From: Eledone cirrhosa
Taxonomy: Eukaryota
DNA: 64,000 nucleotides
Assembly: GCA_964016885.1 (NCBI GenBank)
Contig: OZ024754.1
Location: forward strand, 19,902,001 to 19,966,000
Reading direction: 5' to 3'
Made by a program: the position numbers and the translations under genes. Of this stretch, positions 40,201 through 56,100 are shown piece after piece. Below the pieces are notes generated by a model. That model searched no databases. It saw nothing but the letters and a program-made list of their open reading frames with translations, and was not told the DNA's origin. Numbering within the stretch: position 1 is the stretch's first letter; the number at the start of each line of letters is the position of its first letter.

Positions 40201-43200
40201 CAACTGTGGCTAAAATGACTCTTCCATGATATAGTTACTTTAGTTTCAACACAGTTTCCGATCAAGTCACTTGCCAGACATGTACAACTGTGGCTAAAAT
40301 GACTCTTCCATGATATAGTTACTTTAGTTTCAACACAGTCTCAGATCAAGTCACTTACCAGCCATGTACAACTGTGGCTAAAATGACTTTTCCATGATAT
40401 AGTTACATTAGTTTCAACACAATCTCAGATCAAGTCACTTACCAGACATGTACAACTGTGGCTAAAATGACTCTTCCATGATATAGTTACTTTAGTTTCA
40501 ACACAGTCACAGATCAAGTCACTTGCCAGACATGTACAACTGTGGCTAAAATGACTCTTCCATGATATAGTTACTTTAGTTTCAACACAGTCTCAGATCA
40601 AGTCACTTACCAGACGTGTACAACTGTGGCTAAAATGACTCTTCCATGATATGGAGACGTTTGATTCAACACAGTCACAGAACAAGTCTCTTGCCAGACA
40701 TGTACAACTGTGGCTAAAATGACTCTTCCATGACATAGTTACTTTAGTTTCAACATAATCACAGATCAAGTCACTTGCCAGACATGTACAACTGTGGCTA
40801 AAATGAGTCTTCCATGACATAGTTACTTTAGTTTCAACATAGTCACAGATCAAATCACTTGACAGACATGTACAACTGTGGCTAAAATGACTCTTCCATA
40901 ATATAGTTACTTTAGTTTCAAAACAGTCTCAGATCAAGTCACTTGCCAGACATGTATAACTGTGGCTAAAATGACTCTTCCATGATATAGTTACTTTAGT
41001 TTCAACACAGTCTCAGATCAAGTCACTTACCAGACATGTACAACTGTGGCTAAAATGATTCTTCCATGATATAGTTACTTTAGTTTCAACACAATCTCAA
41101 ATCAAGTCACTGGCCAGAAATGTACAACTGCGGCTAAAATGACTCTTCCATGATATAGTTACTTTAGTTTCAACACAATCTCAGATCGAGTCACTGGCCA
41201 GACATGTACAACTGTGGCTAAAATGACTCTTCCATGATATAGTTACTTTAGTTTCAACACAATCTCAGATCAAGGCACTTTCCAGACATGTACAACTGTG
41301 GCTAAAATGACTCCTCCATGATATAGAGACTTTAGTTTCAACACAGTCACAGAACAAGTAACTTGCCAGACATGTACAACTATGGCTAAAATGACTCTTC
41401 CATGATATAGTTACTTTAGTTTCAACACAATCTCAGATCAAGTCACTTGCCAGACACGTACAACTGTGGCTAGAATGACTCTCCCATGATATAGTTATTT
41501 AGTTTCAACACAGTCACAGATCAAGTCACTTGCCAGACATGTACAACTGTGGCTAAAATGACGCTTCCATGATATAGTTACTTTAGTTTCAACACAGTCT
41601 CAGATCAAGTCACTTGCCAGACATCTACAACTGTGGTTAAAATGACTCTTCCATGATATAGTTACTTTAGTTTCAACACAGTCTCAGATCAAGTTACTTG
41701 CCAGACATGTACAACTGTGGCTAAAATGACTTTTCTATGATATAGTTACTTTAGTTTCAACACAATCTCAGATCAAGTCACTTTCCAGACATGAACAACT
41801 GTGGCTAAAATGACTTTTCTATGATATAGTTACTTTAGTTTCAACACAGTCTCAGATCAAGTCACTTGCCAAACATGAACAACTGTGGCTAAAATGACTC
41901 TTCCATGATACAGTTACTTTAGTTTCAACATAGTCTCAGATCAAGTTACTTGCCAGATATGTACAACTGTGGCTAAAATGACTCTGCCATGATATAGTTA
42001 CTTTAGTTTCAACACAATCTCAGATCAAGTCACTTGACAGACATGTACAACTGTGGCTAAAATGACGCTTCCACGATATAGTTACTTTAGTTTCAACACA
42101 GTCTCAGATCAAGTCACTTGCCAGACATGTACAACTTTGGCTAAAATGACTCTTCCATGATATAGTTACCTTAGTTTCAACACAGTCTCAGATCATGTTA
42201 CTTGCTAGACATGTACAACTGTGGCTGAAATGACTCTTCCTTGGTATAGTTACTTTAGTTTCAACACAATCTCAGATCAAGTCACTTGCCAGACATGTAC
42301 AACTGTGGCTAAAATGACTCTTCAATGATATAGTTACTTTAGTTTCAACACAGTCTCAGATCAAGTCACTTACCAGCCATGTACAAGTGTGGCTAAAATG
42401 ACTTTTCCATGATATAGTTACTTTAGTTTCAACACAATCTCAGATCAAGTCACTTGCCAGACATGTACAACTGTGGCTAAAATGACTCTTCCATGATATA
42501 GTTACTTTAGTTTCAACACAGTAACAGATCAAGTCACTTGCCAGACATGTACAACTGTGGCTAAAATGACTCTTCCATGATATAGTTACTTTAGTTTCAA
42601 CACAATCTCAGATCAAGTCACTTGCCAGACATGTACAACTGTGGTTAAATGACTCTTCCATGATATAGTTACTTTAGTTTCAACACAGTTTCAGATCAGG
42701 TCACTTGCCAAACATGAACAACTGTGGCTAAAATGACTCTTCCATGATATACTTACTTTAGTTTCAACACAATCTCAGATCAAGTCACTTGCCAGACATG
42801 TACAACTGTGGCTAAAAGTACTTTTCCTTGGTATAGTTACTTTAGTTTCAACACAATATCTGATCAAGTCACTTTCCAGACATGTACAACTATGGATAAA
42901 ATGACTTTTCTATGATATAGTTACTTTAGTTTCAACACAGTCTTAGATGAAGTCACTTGGCAGACTGTGGCTAAAATGACTATTCCATGATATAGTTACA
43001 TTAGTTTCAACATAGTCTCAGATCAAGTTACTTGCCAGACATGTACAACTGTGGCTAAAATGACTCTTCCATGACATAGTTACTTTAGTTTCAACACAGT
43101 CTCAGATCAAGTCACTTGCCAGACATGTACAACTTTGGCTAAAATGACTCTTCCATGATATAGTTACCTTAGTTTCAACACAGTCTCAGATCATGTTACT

Positions 43201-46200
43201 TGCTAGACATGTACAACTGTGGCTAAAATGACTCTTCCTTGGTATAGTTACTTTAGTTTCAACACAATCTCAGATCAAGTCACTTGCCAGACATGTACAA
43301 CTGTGGCTAAAATGACTCTTCCATGATATAGTTACTTTAGTTTCAACACAGTTTCCGATCAAGTCACTTGCCAGACATGTACAACTGTGGCTAAAATGAC
43401 TCTTCCATGATATAGTTACTTTAGTTTCAACACAGTCTCAGATCAAGTCACTTACCAGCCATGTACAACTGTGGCTAAAATGACTTTTCCATGATATAGT
43501 TACATTAGTTTCAACACAATCTCAGATCAAGTCACTTACCAGACATGTACAACTGTGGCTAAAATGACTCTTCCATGATATAGTTACTTTAGTTTCAACA
43601 CAGTTTCAGATGGAATCACTTGCTAGACATGTACAACTGTGGCTAAAATGATTCTTCCATGATATAATTACTTTAGTTTCAACACAGTCACAGATCAAGT
43701 CACTTGCCAGACATGTACAACTGTGGCTAAAATGACTCTTCCATGATATAGTTACTTTAGTTTCAACACAGTCTCAGATCAAGTCACTTACCAGACATGT
43801 ACAACTGTGGCTAAAATGACTCTTCCATGATATGGAGACGTTAGATTCAACACAGTCACAGAACAAGTCTCTTGCCAGACATGTACAACTGTGGCTAAAA
43901 TGACTCTTCCATGACATAGTTACTTTAGTTTCAACATAATCACAGATCAAGTCACTTGCCAGACATGTACAACTGTGGCTAAAATGAGTCTTCCATGACA
44001 TAGTTACTTTAGTTTCAACATAGTCACAGATCAAATCACTTGCCAGACATGTACAACTGTGGCTAAAATGACTCTTCCATGATATAGTTACTTTAGTTTC
44101 AAAACAGTCTCAGATCAAGTCACTTGCCAGACATGTACAACTGTGGCTAAAATGACTCTTCCATGATATAGTTACTTTAGTTTCAACACAGTCTCAGATC
44201 AAGTCACTTACCAGACATGTACAACTGTGGCTAAAATGATTCTTCCATGATATAGTTACTTTAGTTTCAACACAGTTTCAGATCAAGTCACTTGCCAGAC
44301 ATGTACAACTGTGTCTAAAATTACTCTTCCATGATATAGTTACTTTAGTTTCAACACAATCTCAGATCAAGTCACTGGCCAGACATTTACAACTGTGGCT
44401 AAAATGACTCTTCCATGATATAGTTACTTTAGTTTCAACACAATCTCAGATCAAGTCACTGGCCAGACATGTACAACTGTGGCTAAATGACTCTTCCATG
44501 ATATAGTTACTTTAGTTTCAACACAGTTTCAGATCAAGTCACTTGCCAGACATGTACAACTGTGGCTAAAATGACTCTTCCATGATATAGTTACTTTAGT
44601 TTCAACACAGTCTCAGATCAAGTCACTTGCCAGACATGTACAACTGTGGCAAAAATGACTTTTCTATGATATAGTTACTTTAGTTTCAGCACAATCTCAG
44701 ATCAAGTCACTTACCAGGGATGTACAACTGTGGCTAAAATGACTCTTCCAATATATAGTTACTTTAGTTTCAACACAGTTTCAGATCAAGTCACTTGCCA
44801 GACATGTACAACTGTGGCTAAAATGACTCTTCCATGCTATAGTTACTTTAGTTTCAACACAATCTCAGATCAAGTCACTTGCCAGACATGTACAACTGTG
44901 GCTAAAATGACTCTTCCATGATATAGTTACTTTAGTTTCAACACAGTCTCAGACCAAGTCACTTGCCAGACATGAACAACTGTGGCTAAAATGACTTTTC
45001 TATGATATAGTGACTTCAGTTTCAACACAGTTTCAGATCAAGTCACTTGCCAGACATGTACAACTATGGCTAAAATGACTCTTCCATGATATAGAGACTT
45101 TAGTTTCAACACAGTCACAGAACAAGTCAGTTGCCAGACATGTACAACTATGGCTAAAATGACACTTCCATGATATAGTTACTTTAGTTTCAACACAATC
45201 TCAGAACAAGTCACTTGCCAGACACGTACAACTGTGGCTAAAATGACTCTTCCATGATATAGTTATTTAGTTTCAACACAGTCACAGATCAAGTCACTTG
45301 CCAGACATGTACAACTGTGGCTAAAATGACTCTTCCATGATATAGTTACTTTAGTTTCAACACAGTCACAGATCAAGTCACTTGCCAGACATGTACAACT
45401 GTGGCTAAAATGACTCTTCCAATATATAGTTACTTTAGTTTCAACACAGTTTCAGATCAAGTCACTTGCCAGACATGTACAACTGTCGCTCAAGTGAATC
45501 TTCCATGATATATTTACTTTAGTTTCAACACAGTCACAGATCAAGTCACTTGCCAGACATGTACAACTGTGGCTAAAATGACTCTTCCATGATATAGTTA
45601 CTTTAGTTTCAACACAGTCACAGATCAAGTCACTTGCCAGACATGTACAACTGTAGCTAAAATGACTCTTCCATGATATAGTTACTTTAGTTTCAACACA
45701 ATCTCAGATCAAGTCACTTGCCAGACATGTACAACTGTGGTTAAATGACTCTTCCATGATATAGTTACTTTAGTTTCAACACAGTTTCAGATCAGGTCAC
45801 TTGCCAAACATGAACAACTGTGGCTAAAATGACTCTTCCATGATATACTTACTTTAGTTTCAACACAATCTCAGATCAAGTCACTTGCCAGACATGTACA
45901 ACTGTGGCTAAAATGACTCTTCCATGATATAGTTACTTTAGTTTCAACACAGTCACAGATCAAGTCACTTGCCAGACATGTACAACTGTGGCTAAAATGA
46001 CTCTTCCATGATATAGTTACTTTAGTTTCAACACAATCTCAGATCAAGTCACTTGCCAGACATGTACAACTGTGGTTAAATGACTCTTCCATGATATAGT
46101 TACTTTAGTTTCAACACAGTTTCAGATCAGGTCACTTGCCAAACATGAACAACCGTGGCTAAAATGACTCTTCCATGATATACTTACTTTAGTTTCAACA

Positions 46201-49200
46201 CAATCTCAGATCAAGTCACTTGCCAGACATGTACAACTGTGGCTAAAAGTACTTTTCCTTGGTATAGTTACTTTAGTTTCAACACAATCTCTGATCAAGT
46301 CACTTTCCAGACATGTACAACTGTGGATAAAATGACTTTTCTATGATATAGTTACTTTAGTTTCAACACAGTCTTAGATGAAGTCACTTGGCAGACTGTG
46401 GCTAAAATGACTATTCCATGATATAGTTACATTAGTTTCAACATAGTCTCAGATCAAGTTACTTGCCAGACATGTACAACTGTGGCTAAAATGACTCTTC
46501 CATGACATAGTTACTTTAGTTTCAACACAGTCTCAGATCAAGTCACTTGCCAGACATGTACAACTTTGGCTAAAATGACTCTTCCATGATATAGTTACCT
46601 TAGTTTCAACACAGTCTCAGATCATGTTACTTGCTAGACATGTACAACTGTGGCTAAAATGACTCTTCCTTGGTATAGTTACTTTAGTTTCAACACAATC
46701 TCAGATCAAGTCACTTGCCAGACATGTACAACTGTGGCTAAAATGACTCTTCCATGATATAGTTACTTTAGTTTCAACACAGTTTCCAATCAAGTCACTT
46801 GCCAGACATGTACAACTGTGGCTAAAATGACTCTTCCATGATATAGTTACTTTAGTTTCAACACAGTCTCAGATCAAGTCACTTACCAGCCATGTACAAC
46901 TGTGGCTAAAATGACTTTTCCATGATATAGTTACATTAGTTTCAACACAATCTCAGATCAAGTCACTTACCAGACATGTACAACTGTGGCTAAAATGACT
47001 CTTCCATGATATAGTTACTTTAGTTTCAACACAGTTTCAGATGGAATCACTTGCTAGACATGTACAACTGTGGCTAAAATGATTCTTCCATGATATAGTT
47101 ACTTTAGTTTCAACACAGTCACAGATCAAGTCACTTGCCAGACATGTACAACTGTGGCTAAAATGACTCTTCCATGATATAGTTACTTTAGTTTCAACAC
47201 AGTCTCAGATCAAGTCACTTACCAGACATGTACAACTGTGGCTAAAATGACTCTTCCATGATATGGAGACGTTAGATTCAACACAGTCACAGAACAAGTC
47301 TCTTGCCAGACATGTACAACTGTGGCTAAAATGACTCTTCCATGACATAGTTACTTTAGTTTCAACATAATCACAGATCAAGTCACTTGCCAGACATGTA
47401 CAACTGTGGCTAAAATGAGTCTTCCATGACATAGTTACTTTAGTTTCAACATAGTCACAGATCAAATCACTTGCCAGACATGTACAACTGTGGCTAAAAT
47501 GACTCTTCCATGATATAGTTACTTTAGTTTCAAAACAGTCTCAGATCAAGTCACTTGCCAGACATGTACAACTGTGGCTAAAATGACTCTTCCATGATAT
47601 AGTTACTTTAGTTTCAACACAGTCTCAGATCAAGTCACTTACCAGACATGTACAACTGTGGCTAAAATGATTCTTCCATGATATAGTTACTTTAGTTTCA
47701 ACACAGTTTCAGATCAAGTCACTTGCCAGACAAGTACAACTGTGGCTAAAATTACTCTTCCATGATATAGTTACTTTAGTTTCAACACAATCTCAGATCA
47801 AGTCACTGGCCAGACATTTACAACTGTGGCTAAAATGACTCTTCCATGATATAGTTACTTTAGTTTCAACACAATCTCAGATCAAGTCACTGGCCAGACA
47901 TGTACAACTGTGGCTAAATGACTCTTCCATGATATAGTTACTTTAGTTTCAACACAGTTTCAGATCAAGTCACTTGCCAGACATGTACAACTGTGGCTAA
48001 AATGACTCTTCCATGATATAGTTACTTTAGTTTCAACACAGTCTCAGATCAAGTCACTTGCCAGACATGTACAACTGTGGCTAAAATGACTTTTCTATGA
48101 TATAGTTACTTTAGTTTCAGCACAATCTCAGATCAAGTCACTTACCAGGGATGTACAACTGTGGCTAAAATGACTCTTCCAATATATAGTTACTTTAGTT
48201 TCAACACAGTTTCAGATCAAATCACTTGCCAGACATGTACAACTGTGGCTAAAATGACTCTTCCATGCTATAGTTACTTTAGTTTCAACACAATCTCAGA
48301 CCAAGTCACTTGCCAGACATGTACAACTGTGGCTAAAATGACTCTTCCATGATATAGTTACATTAGTTTCAACACAATCTCAGATCAAGTCACTTGCCAG
48401 ACATGTACAACCGTGGCTAAAATGACTCTTCCATGATATACTTACTTTAGTTTCAACACAATCTCAGATCAAGTCACTTGCCAGACATGTACAACTGTGG
48501 CTAAAAGTACTTTTCCTTGGTATAGTTACTTTAGTTTCAACACAATCTCTGATCAAGTCACTTTCCAGACATGTACAACTGTGGATAAAATGACTTTTCT
48601 ATGATATAGTTACTTTAGTTTCAACACAGTCTTAGATGAAGTCACTTGGCAGACTGTGGCTAAAATGACTATTCCATGATATAGTTACATTAGTTTCAAC
48701 ATAGTCTCAGATCAAGTCACTTGCCAGACATGTACAACTTTGGCTAAAATGACTCTTCCATGATATAGTTACCTTAGTTTCAACACAGTCTCAGATCATG
48801 TTACTTGCTAGACATGTACAACTGTGGCTAAAATGACTCTTCCTTGGTATAGTTACTTTAGTTTCAACACAATCTCAGATCAAGTCACTTGCCAGACATG
48901 TACAACTGTGGCTAAAATGACTCTTCCATGATATAGTTACTTTAGTTTCAACACAGTTTCCGATCAAGTCACTTGCCAGACATGTACAACTGTGGCTAAA
49001 ATGACTCTTCCATGATATAGTTACTTTAGTTTCAACACAGTCTCAGATCAAGTCACTTACCAGCCATGTACAACTGTGGCTAAAATGACTTTTCCATGAT
49101 ATAGTTACATTAGTTTCAACACAATCTCAGATCAAGTCACTTACCAGACATGTACAACTGTGGCTAAAATGACTCTTCCATGATATAGTTACTTTAGTTT

Positions 49201-52200
49201 CAACACAGTTTCAGATGGAATCACTTGCTAGACATGTACAACTGTGGCTAAAATGATTCTTCCATGATATAGTTACTTTAGTTTCAACACAGTCACAGAT
49301 CAAGTCACTTGCCAGACATGTACAACTGTGGCTAAAATGACTCTTCCATGATATAGTTACTTTAGTTTCAACACAGTCTCAGATCAAGTCACTTACCAGA
49401 CATGTACAACTGTGGCTAAAATGACTCTTCCATGATATGGAGACGTTAGATTCAACACAGTCACAGAACAAGTCTCTTGCCAGACATGTACAACTGTGGC
49501 TAAAATGACTCTTCCATGACATAGTTACTTTAGTTTCAACATAATCACAGATCAAGTCACTTGCCAGACATGTACAACTGTGGCTAAAATGAGTCTTCCA
49601 TGACATAGTTACTTTAGTTTCAACATAGTCACAGATCAAATCACTTGCCAGACATGTACAACTGTGGCTAAAATGACTCTTCCATGATATAGTTACTTTA
49701 GTTTCAACACAGTCACAGATCAAGTCACTTGCCAGACATGTACAACTGTGGCTAAAATGACTCTTCCATGATATAGTTACTTTAGTTTCAACACAATCTC
49801 AGATCAAGTCACTTGCCAGACATGTACAACTGTGGTTAAATGACTCTTCCATGATATAGTTACTTTAGTTTCAACACAGTTTCAGATCAGGTCACTTGCC
49901 AAACATGAACAACTGTGGCTAAAATGACTCTTCCATGATATACTTACTTTAGTTTCAACACAATCTCAGATCAAGTCACTTGCCAGACATGTACAACTGT
50001 GGCTAAAATGACTCTTCCATGATATAGTTACTTTAGTTTCAACACAGTCACAGATCAAGTCACTTGCCAGACATGTACAACTGTGGCTAAAATGACTCTT
50101 CCATGATATAGTTACTTTAGTTTCAACACAATCTCAGATCAAGTCACTTGCCAGACATGTACAACTGTGGTTAAATGACTCTTCCATGATATAGTTACTT
50201 TAGTTTCAACACAGTTTCAGATCAGGTCACTTGCCAAACATGAACAACCGTGGCTAAAATGACTCTTCCATGATATACTTACTTTAGTTTCAACACAATC
50301 TCAGATCAAGTCACTTGCCAGACATGTACAACTGTGGCTAAAAGTACTTTTCCTTGGTATAGTTACTTTAGTTTCAACACAATCTCTGATCAAGTCACTT
50401 TCCAGACATGTACAACTGTGGATAAAATGACTTTTCTATGATATAGTTACTTTAGTTTCAACACAGTCTTAGATGAAGTCACTTGGCAGACTGTGGCTAA
50501 AATGACTATTCCATGATATAGTTACATTAGTTTCAACATAGTCTCAGATCAAGTTACTTGCCAGACATGTACAACTGTGGCTAAAATGACTCTTCCATGA
50601 CATAGTTACTTTAGTTTCAACACAGTCTCAGATCAAGTCACTTGCCAGACATGTACAACTTTGGCTAAAATGACTCTTCCATGATATAGTTACCTTAGTT
50701 TCAACACAGTCTCAGATCATGTTACTTGCTAGACATGTACAACTGTGGCTAAAATGACTCTTCCTTGGTATAGTTACTTTAGTTTCAACACAATCTCAGA
50801 TCAAGTCACTTGCCAGACATGTACAACTGTGGCTAAAATGACTCTTCCATGATATAGTTACTTTAGTTTCAACACAGTTTCCAATCAAGTCACTTGCCAG
50901 ACATGTACAACTGTGGCTAAAATGACTCTTCCATGATATAGTTACTTTAGTTTCAACACAGTCTCAGATCAAGTCACTTACCAGCCATGTACAACTGTGG
51001 CTAAAATGACTTTTCCATGATATAGTTACATTAGTTTCAACACAATCTCAGATCAAGTCACTTACCAGACATGTACAACTGTGGCTAAAATGACTCTTCC
51101 ATGATATAGTTACTTTAGTTTCAACACAGTTTCAGATGGAATCACTTGCTAGACATGTACAACTGTGGCTAAAATGATTCTTCCATGATATAGTTACTTT
51201 AGTTTCAACACAGTCACAGATCAAGTCACTTGCCAGACATGTACAACTGTGGCTAAAATGACTCTTCCATGATATAGTTACTTTAGTTTCAACACAGTCT
51301 CAGATCAAGTCACTTACCAGACATGTACAACTGTGGCTAAAATGACTCTTCCATGATATGGAGACGTTAGATTCAACACAGTCACAGAACAAGTCTCTTG
51401 CCAGACATGTACAACTGTGGCTAAAATGACTCTTCCATGACATAGTTACTTTAGTTTCAACATAATCACAGATCAAGTCACTTGCCAGACATGTACAACT
51501 GTGGCTAAAATGAGTCTTCCATGACATAGTTACTTTAGTTTCAACATAGTCACAGATCAAATCACTTGCCAGACATGTACAACTGTGGCTAAAATGACTC
51601 TTCCATGATATAGTTACTTTAGTTTCAAAACAGTCTCAGATCAAGTCACTTGCCAGACATGTACAACTGTGGCTAAAATGACTCTTCCATGATATAGTTA
51701 CTTTAGTTTCAACACAGTCTCAGATCAAGTCACTTACCAGACATGTACAACTGTGGCTAAAATGATTCTTCCATGATATAGTTACTTTAGTTTCAACACA
51801 GTTTCAGATCAAGTCACTTGCCAGACAAGTACAACTGTGGCTAAAATTACTCTTCCATGATATAGTTACTTTAGTTTCAACACAATCTCAGATCAAGTCA
51901 CTGGCCAGACATTTACAACTGTGGCTAAAATGACTCTTCCATGATATAGTTACTTTAGTTTCAACACAATCTCAGATCAAGTCACTGGCCAGACATGTAC
52001 AACTGTGGCTAAATGACTCTTCCATGATATAGTTACTTTAGTTTCAACACAGTTTCAGATCAAGTCACTTGCCAGACATGTACAACTGTGGCTAAAATGA
52101 CTCTTCCATGATATAGTTACTTTAGTTTCAACACAGTCTCAGATCAAGTCACTTGCCAGACATGTACAACTGTGGCTAAAATGACTTTTCTATGATATAG

Positions 52201-53199
52201 TTACTTTAGTTTCAGCACAATCTCAGATCAAGTCACTTACCAGGGATGTACAACTGTGGCTAAAATGACTCTTCCAATATATAGTTACTTTAGTTTCAAC
52301 ACAGTTTCAGATCAAATCACTTGCCAGACATGTACAACTGTGGCTAAAATGACTCTTCCATGCTATAGTTACTTTAGTTTCAACACAATCTCAGATCAAG
52401 TCACTTGCCAGACATGTACAACTGTGGCTAAAATGACTCTTCCAAGATATAGTTACTTTAGTTTCAACACAGTCTCAGACCAAGTCACTTGCCAGACATG
52501 TACAACTGTGGCTAAAATGACTCTTCCATGATATAGTTACATTAGTTTCAACACAATCTCAGATCAAGTCACTTGCCAGACATGTACAACCGTGGCTAAA
52601 ATGACTCTTCCATGATATACTTACTTTAGTTTCAACACAATCTCAGATCAAGTCACTTGCCAGACATGTACAACTGTGGCTAAAAGTACTTTTCCTTGGT
52701 ATAGTTACTTTAGTTTCAACACAATCTCTGATCAAGTCACTTTCCAGACATGTACAACTGTGGATAAAATGACTTTTCTATGATATAGTTACTTTAGTTT
52801 CAACACAGTCTTAGATGAAGTCACTTGGCAGACTGTGGCTAAAATGACTATTCCATGATATAGTTACATTAGTTTCAACATAGTCTCAGATCAAGTCACT
52901 TGCCAGACATGTACAACTTTGGCTAAAATGACTCTTCCATGATATAGTTACCTTAGTTTCAACACAGTCTCAGATCATGTTACTTGCTAGACATGTACAA
53001 CTGTGGCTAAAATGACTCTTCCTTGGTATAGTTACTTTAGTTTCAACACAATCTCAGATCAAGTCACTTGCCAGACATGTACAACTGTGGCTAAAATGAC
53101 TCTTCCATGATATAGTTACTTTAGTTTCAACACAGTTTCCGATCAAGTCACTTGCCAGACATGTACAACTGTGGCTAAAATGACTCTTCCATGATATAG

Positions 53200-56100
53200 T
53201 TACTTTAGTTTCAACACAGTCTCAGATCAAGTCACTTACCAGCCATGTACAACTGTGGCTAAAATGACTTTTCCATGATATAGTTACATTAGTTTCAACA
53301 CAATCTCAGATCAAGTCACTTACCAGACATGTACAACTGTGGCTAAAATGACTCTTCCATGATATAGTTACTTTAGTTTCAACACAGTTTCAGATGGAAT
53401 CACTTGCTAGACATGTACAACTGTGGCTAAAATGATTCTTCCATGATATAGTTACTTTAGTTTCAACACAGTCACAGATCAAGTCACTTGCCAGACATGT
53501 ACAACTGTGGCTAAAATGACTCTTCCATGATATAGTTACTTTAGTTTCAACACAGTCTCAGATCAAGTCACTTACCAGACATGTACAACTGTGGCTAAAA
53601 TGACTCTTCCATGATATGGAGACGTTAGATTCAACACAGTCACAGAACAAGTCTCTTGCCAGACATGTACAACTGTGGCTAAAATGACTCTTCCATGACA
53701 TAGTTACTTTAGTTTCAACATAATCACAGATCAAGTCACTTGCCAGACATGTACAACTGTGGCTAAAATGAGTCTTCCATGACATAGTTACTTTAGTTTC
53801 AACATAGTCACAGATCAAATCACTTGCCAGACATGTACAACTGTGGCTAAAATGACTCTTCCATGATATAGTTACTTTAGTTTCAAAACAGTCTCAGATC
53901 AAGTCACTTGCCAGACATGTACAACTGTGGCTAAAATGACTCTTCCATGATATAGTTACTTTAGTTTCAACACAGTCTCAGATCAAGTCACTTACCAGAC
54001 ATGTACAACTGTGGCTAAAATGATTCTTCCATGATATAGTTACTTTAGTTTCAACACAGTTTCAGATCAAGTCACTTGCCAGACATGTACAACTGTGTCT
54101 AAAATTACTCTTCCATGATATAGTTACTTTAGTTTCAACACAATCTCAGATCAAGTCACTGGCCAGACATTTACAACTGTGGCTAAAATGACTCTTCCAT
54201 GATATAGTTACTTTAGTTTCAACACAATCTCAGATCAAGTCACTGGCCAGACATGTACAACTGTGGCTAAATGACTCTTCCATGATATAGTTACTTTAGT
54301 TTCAACACAGTTTCAGATCAAGTCACTTGCCAGACATGTACAACTGTGGCTAAAATGACTCTTCCATGATATAGTTACTTTAGTTTCAACACAGTCTCAG
54401 ATCAAGTCACTTACCAGCCATGTACAACTGTGGCTAAAATGACTTTTCCATGATATAGTTACATTAGTTTCAACACAATCTCAGATCAAGTCACTTACCA
54501 GACATGTACAACTGTGGCTAAAATGACTCTTCCATGATATAGTTACTTTAGTTTCAACACAGTTTCAGATGGAATCACTTGCTAGACATGTACAACTGTG
54601 GCTAAAATGATTCTTCCATGATATAGTTACTTTAGTTTCAACACAGTCACAGATCAAGTCACTTGCCAGACATGTACAACTGTGGCTAAAATGACTCTTC
54701 CATGATATAGTTACTTTAGTTTCAACACAGTCTCAGATCAAGTCACTTACCAGACATGTACAACTGTGGCTAAAATGACTCTTCCATGATATGGAGACGT
54801 TAGATTCAACACAGTCACAGAACAAGTCTCTTGCCAGACATGTACAACTGTGGCTAAAATGACTCTTCCATGACATAGTTACTTTAGTTTCAACATAATC
54901 ACAGATCAAGTCACTTGCCAGACATGTACAACTGTGGCTAAAATGAGTCTTCCATGACATAGTTACTTTAGTTTCAACATAGTCACAGATCAAATCACTT
55001 GCCAGACATGTACAACTGTGGCTAAAATGACTCTTCCATGATATAGTTACTTTAGTTTCAAAACAGTCTCAGATCAAGTCACTTGCCAGACATGTACAAC
55101 TGTGGCTAAAATGACTCTTCCATGATATAGTTACTTTAGTTTCAACACAGTCTCAGATCAAGTCACTTACCAGACATGTACAACTGTGGCTAAAATGATT
55201 CTTCCATGATATAGTTACTTTAGTTTCAACACAGTCTCAGATCAAGTCACTTACCAGCCATGTACAACTGTGGCTAAAATGACTTTTCCATGATATAGTT
55301 ACATTAGTTTCAACACAATCTCAGATCAAGTCACTTACCAGACATGTACAACTGTGGCTAAAATGACTCTTCCATGATATAGTTACTTTAGTTTCAACAC
55401 AGTTTCAGATGGAATCACTTGCTAGACATGTACAACTGTGGCTAAAATGATTCTTCCATGATATAGTTACTTTAGTTTCAACACAGTCACAGATCAAGTC
55501 ACTTGCCAGACATGTACAACTGTGGCTAAAATGACTCTTCCATGATATAGTTACTTTAGTTTCAACACAGTCTCAGATCAAGTCACTTACCAGACATGTA
55601 CAACTGTGGCTAAAATGACTCTTCCATGATATGGAGACGTTAGATTCAACACAGTCACAGAACAAGTCTCTTGCCAGACATGTACAACTGTGGCTAAAAT
55701 GACTCTTCCATGACATAGTTACTTTAGTTTCAACATAATCACAGATCAAGTCACTTGCCAGACATGTACAACTGTGGCTAAAATGAGTCTTCCATGACAT
55801 AGTTACTTTAGTTTCAACATAGTCACAGATCAAATCACTTGCCAGACATGTACAACTGTGGCTAAAATGACTCTTCCATGATATAGTTACTTTAGTTTCA
55901 AAACAGTCTCAGATCAAGTCACTTGCCAGACATGTACAACTGTGGCTAAAATGACTCTTCCATGATATAGTTACTTTAGTTTCAACACAGTCTCAGATCA
56001 AGTCACTTACCAGACATGTACAACTGTGGCTAAAATGATTCTTCCATGATATAGTTACTTTAGTTTCAACACAGTTTCAGATCAAGTCACTTGCCAGACA

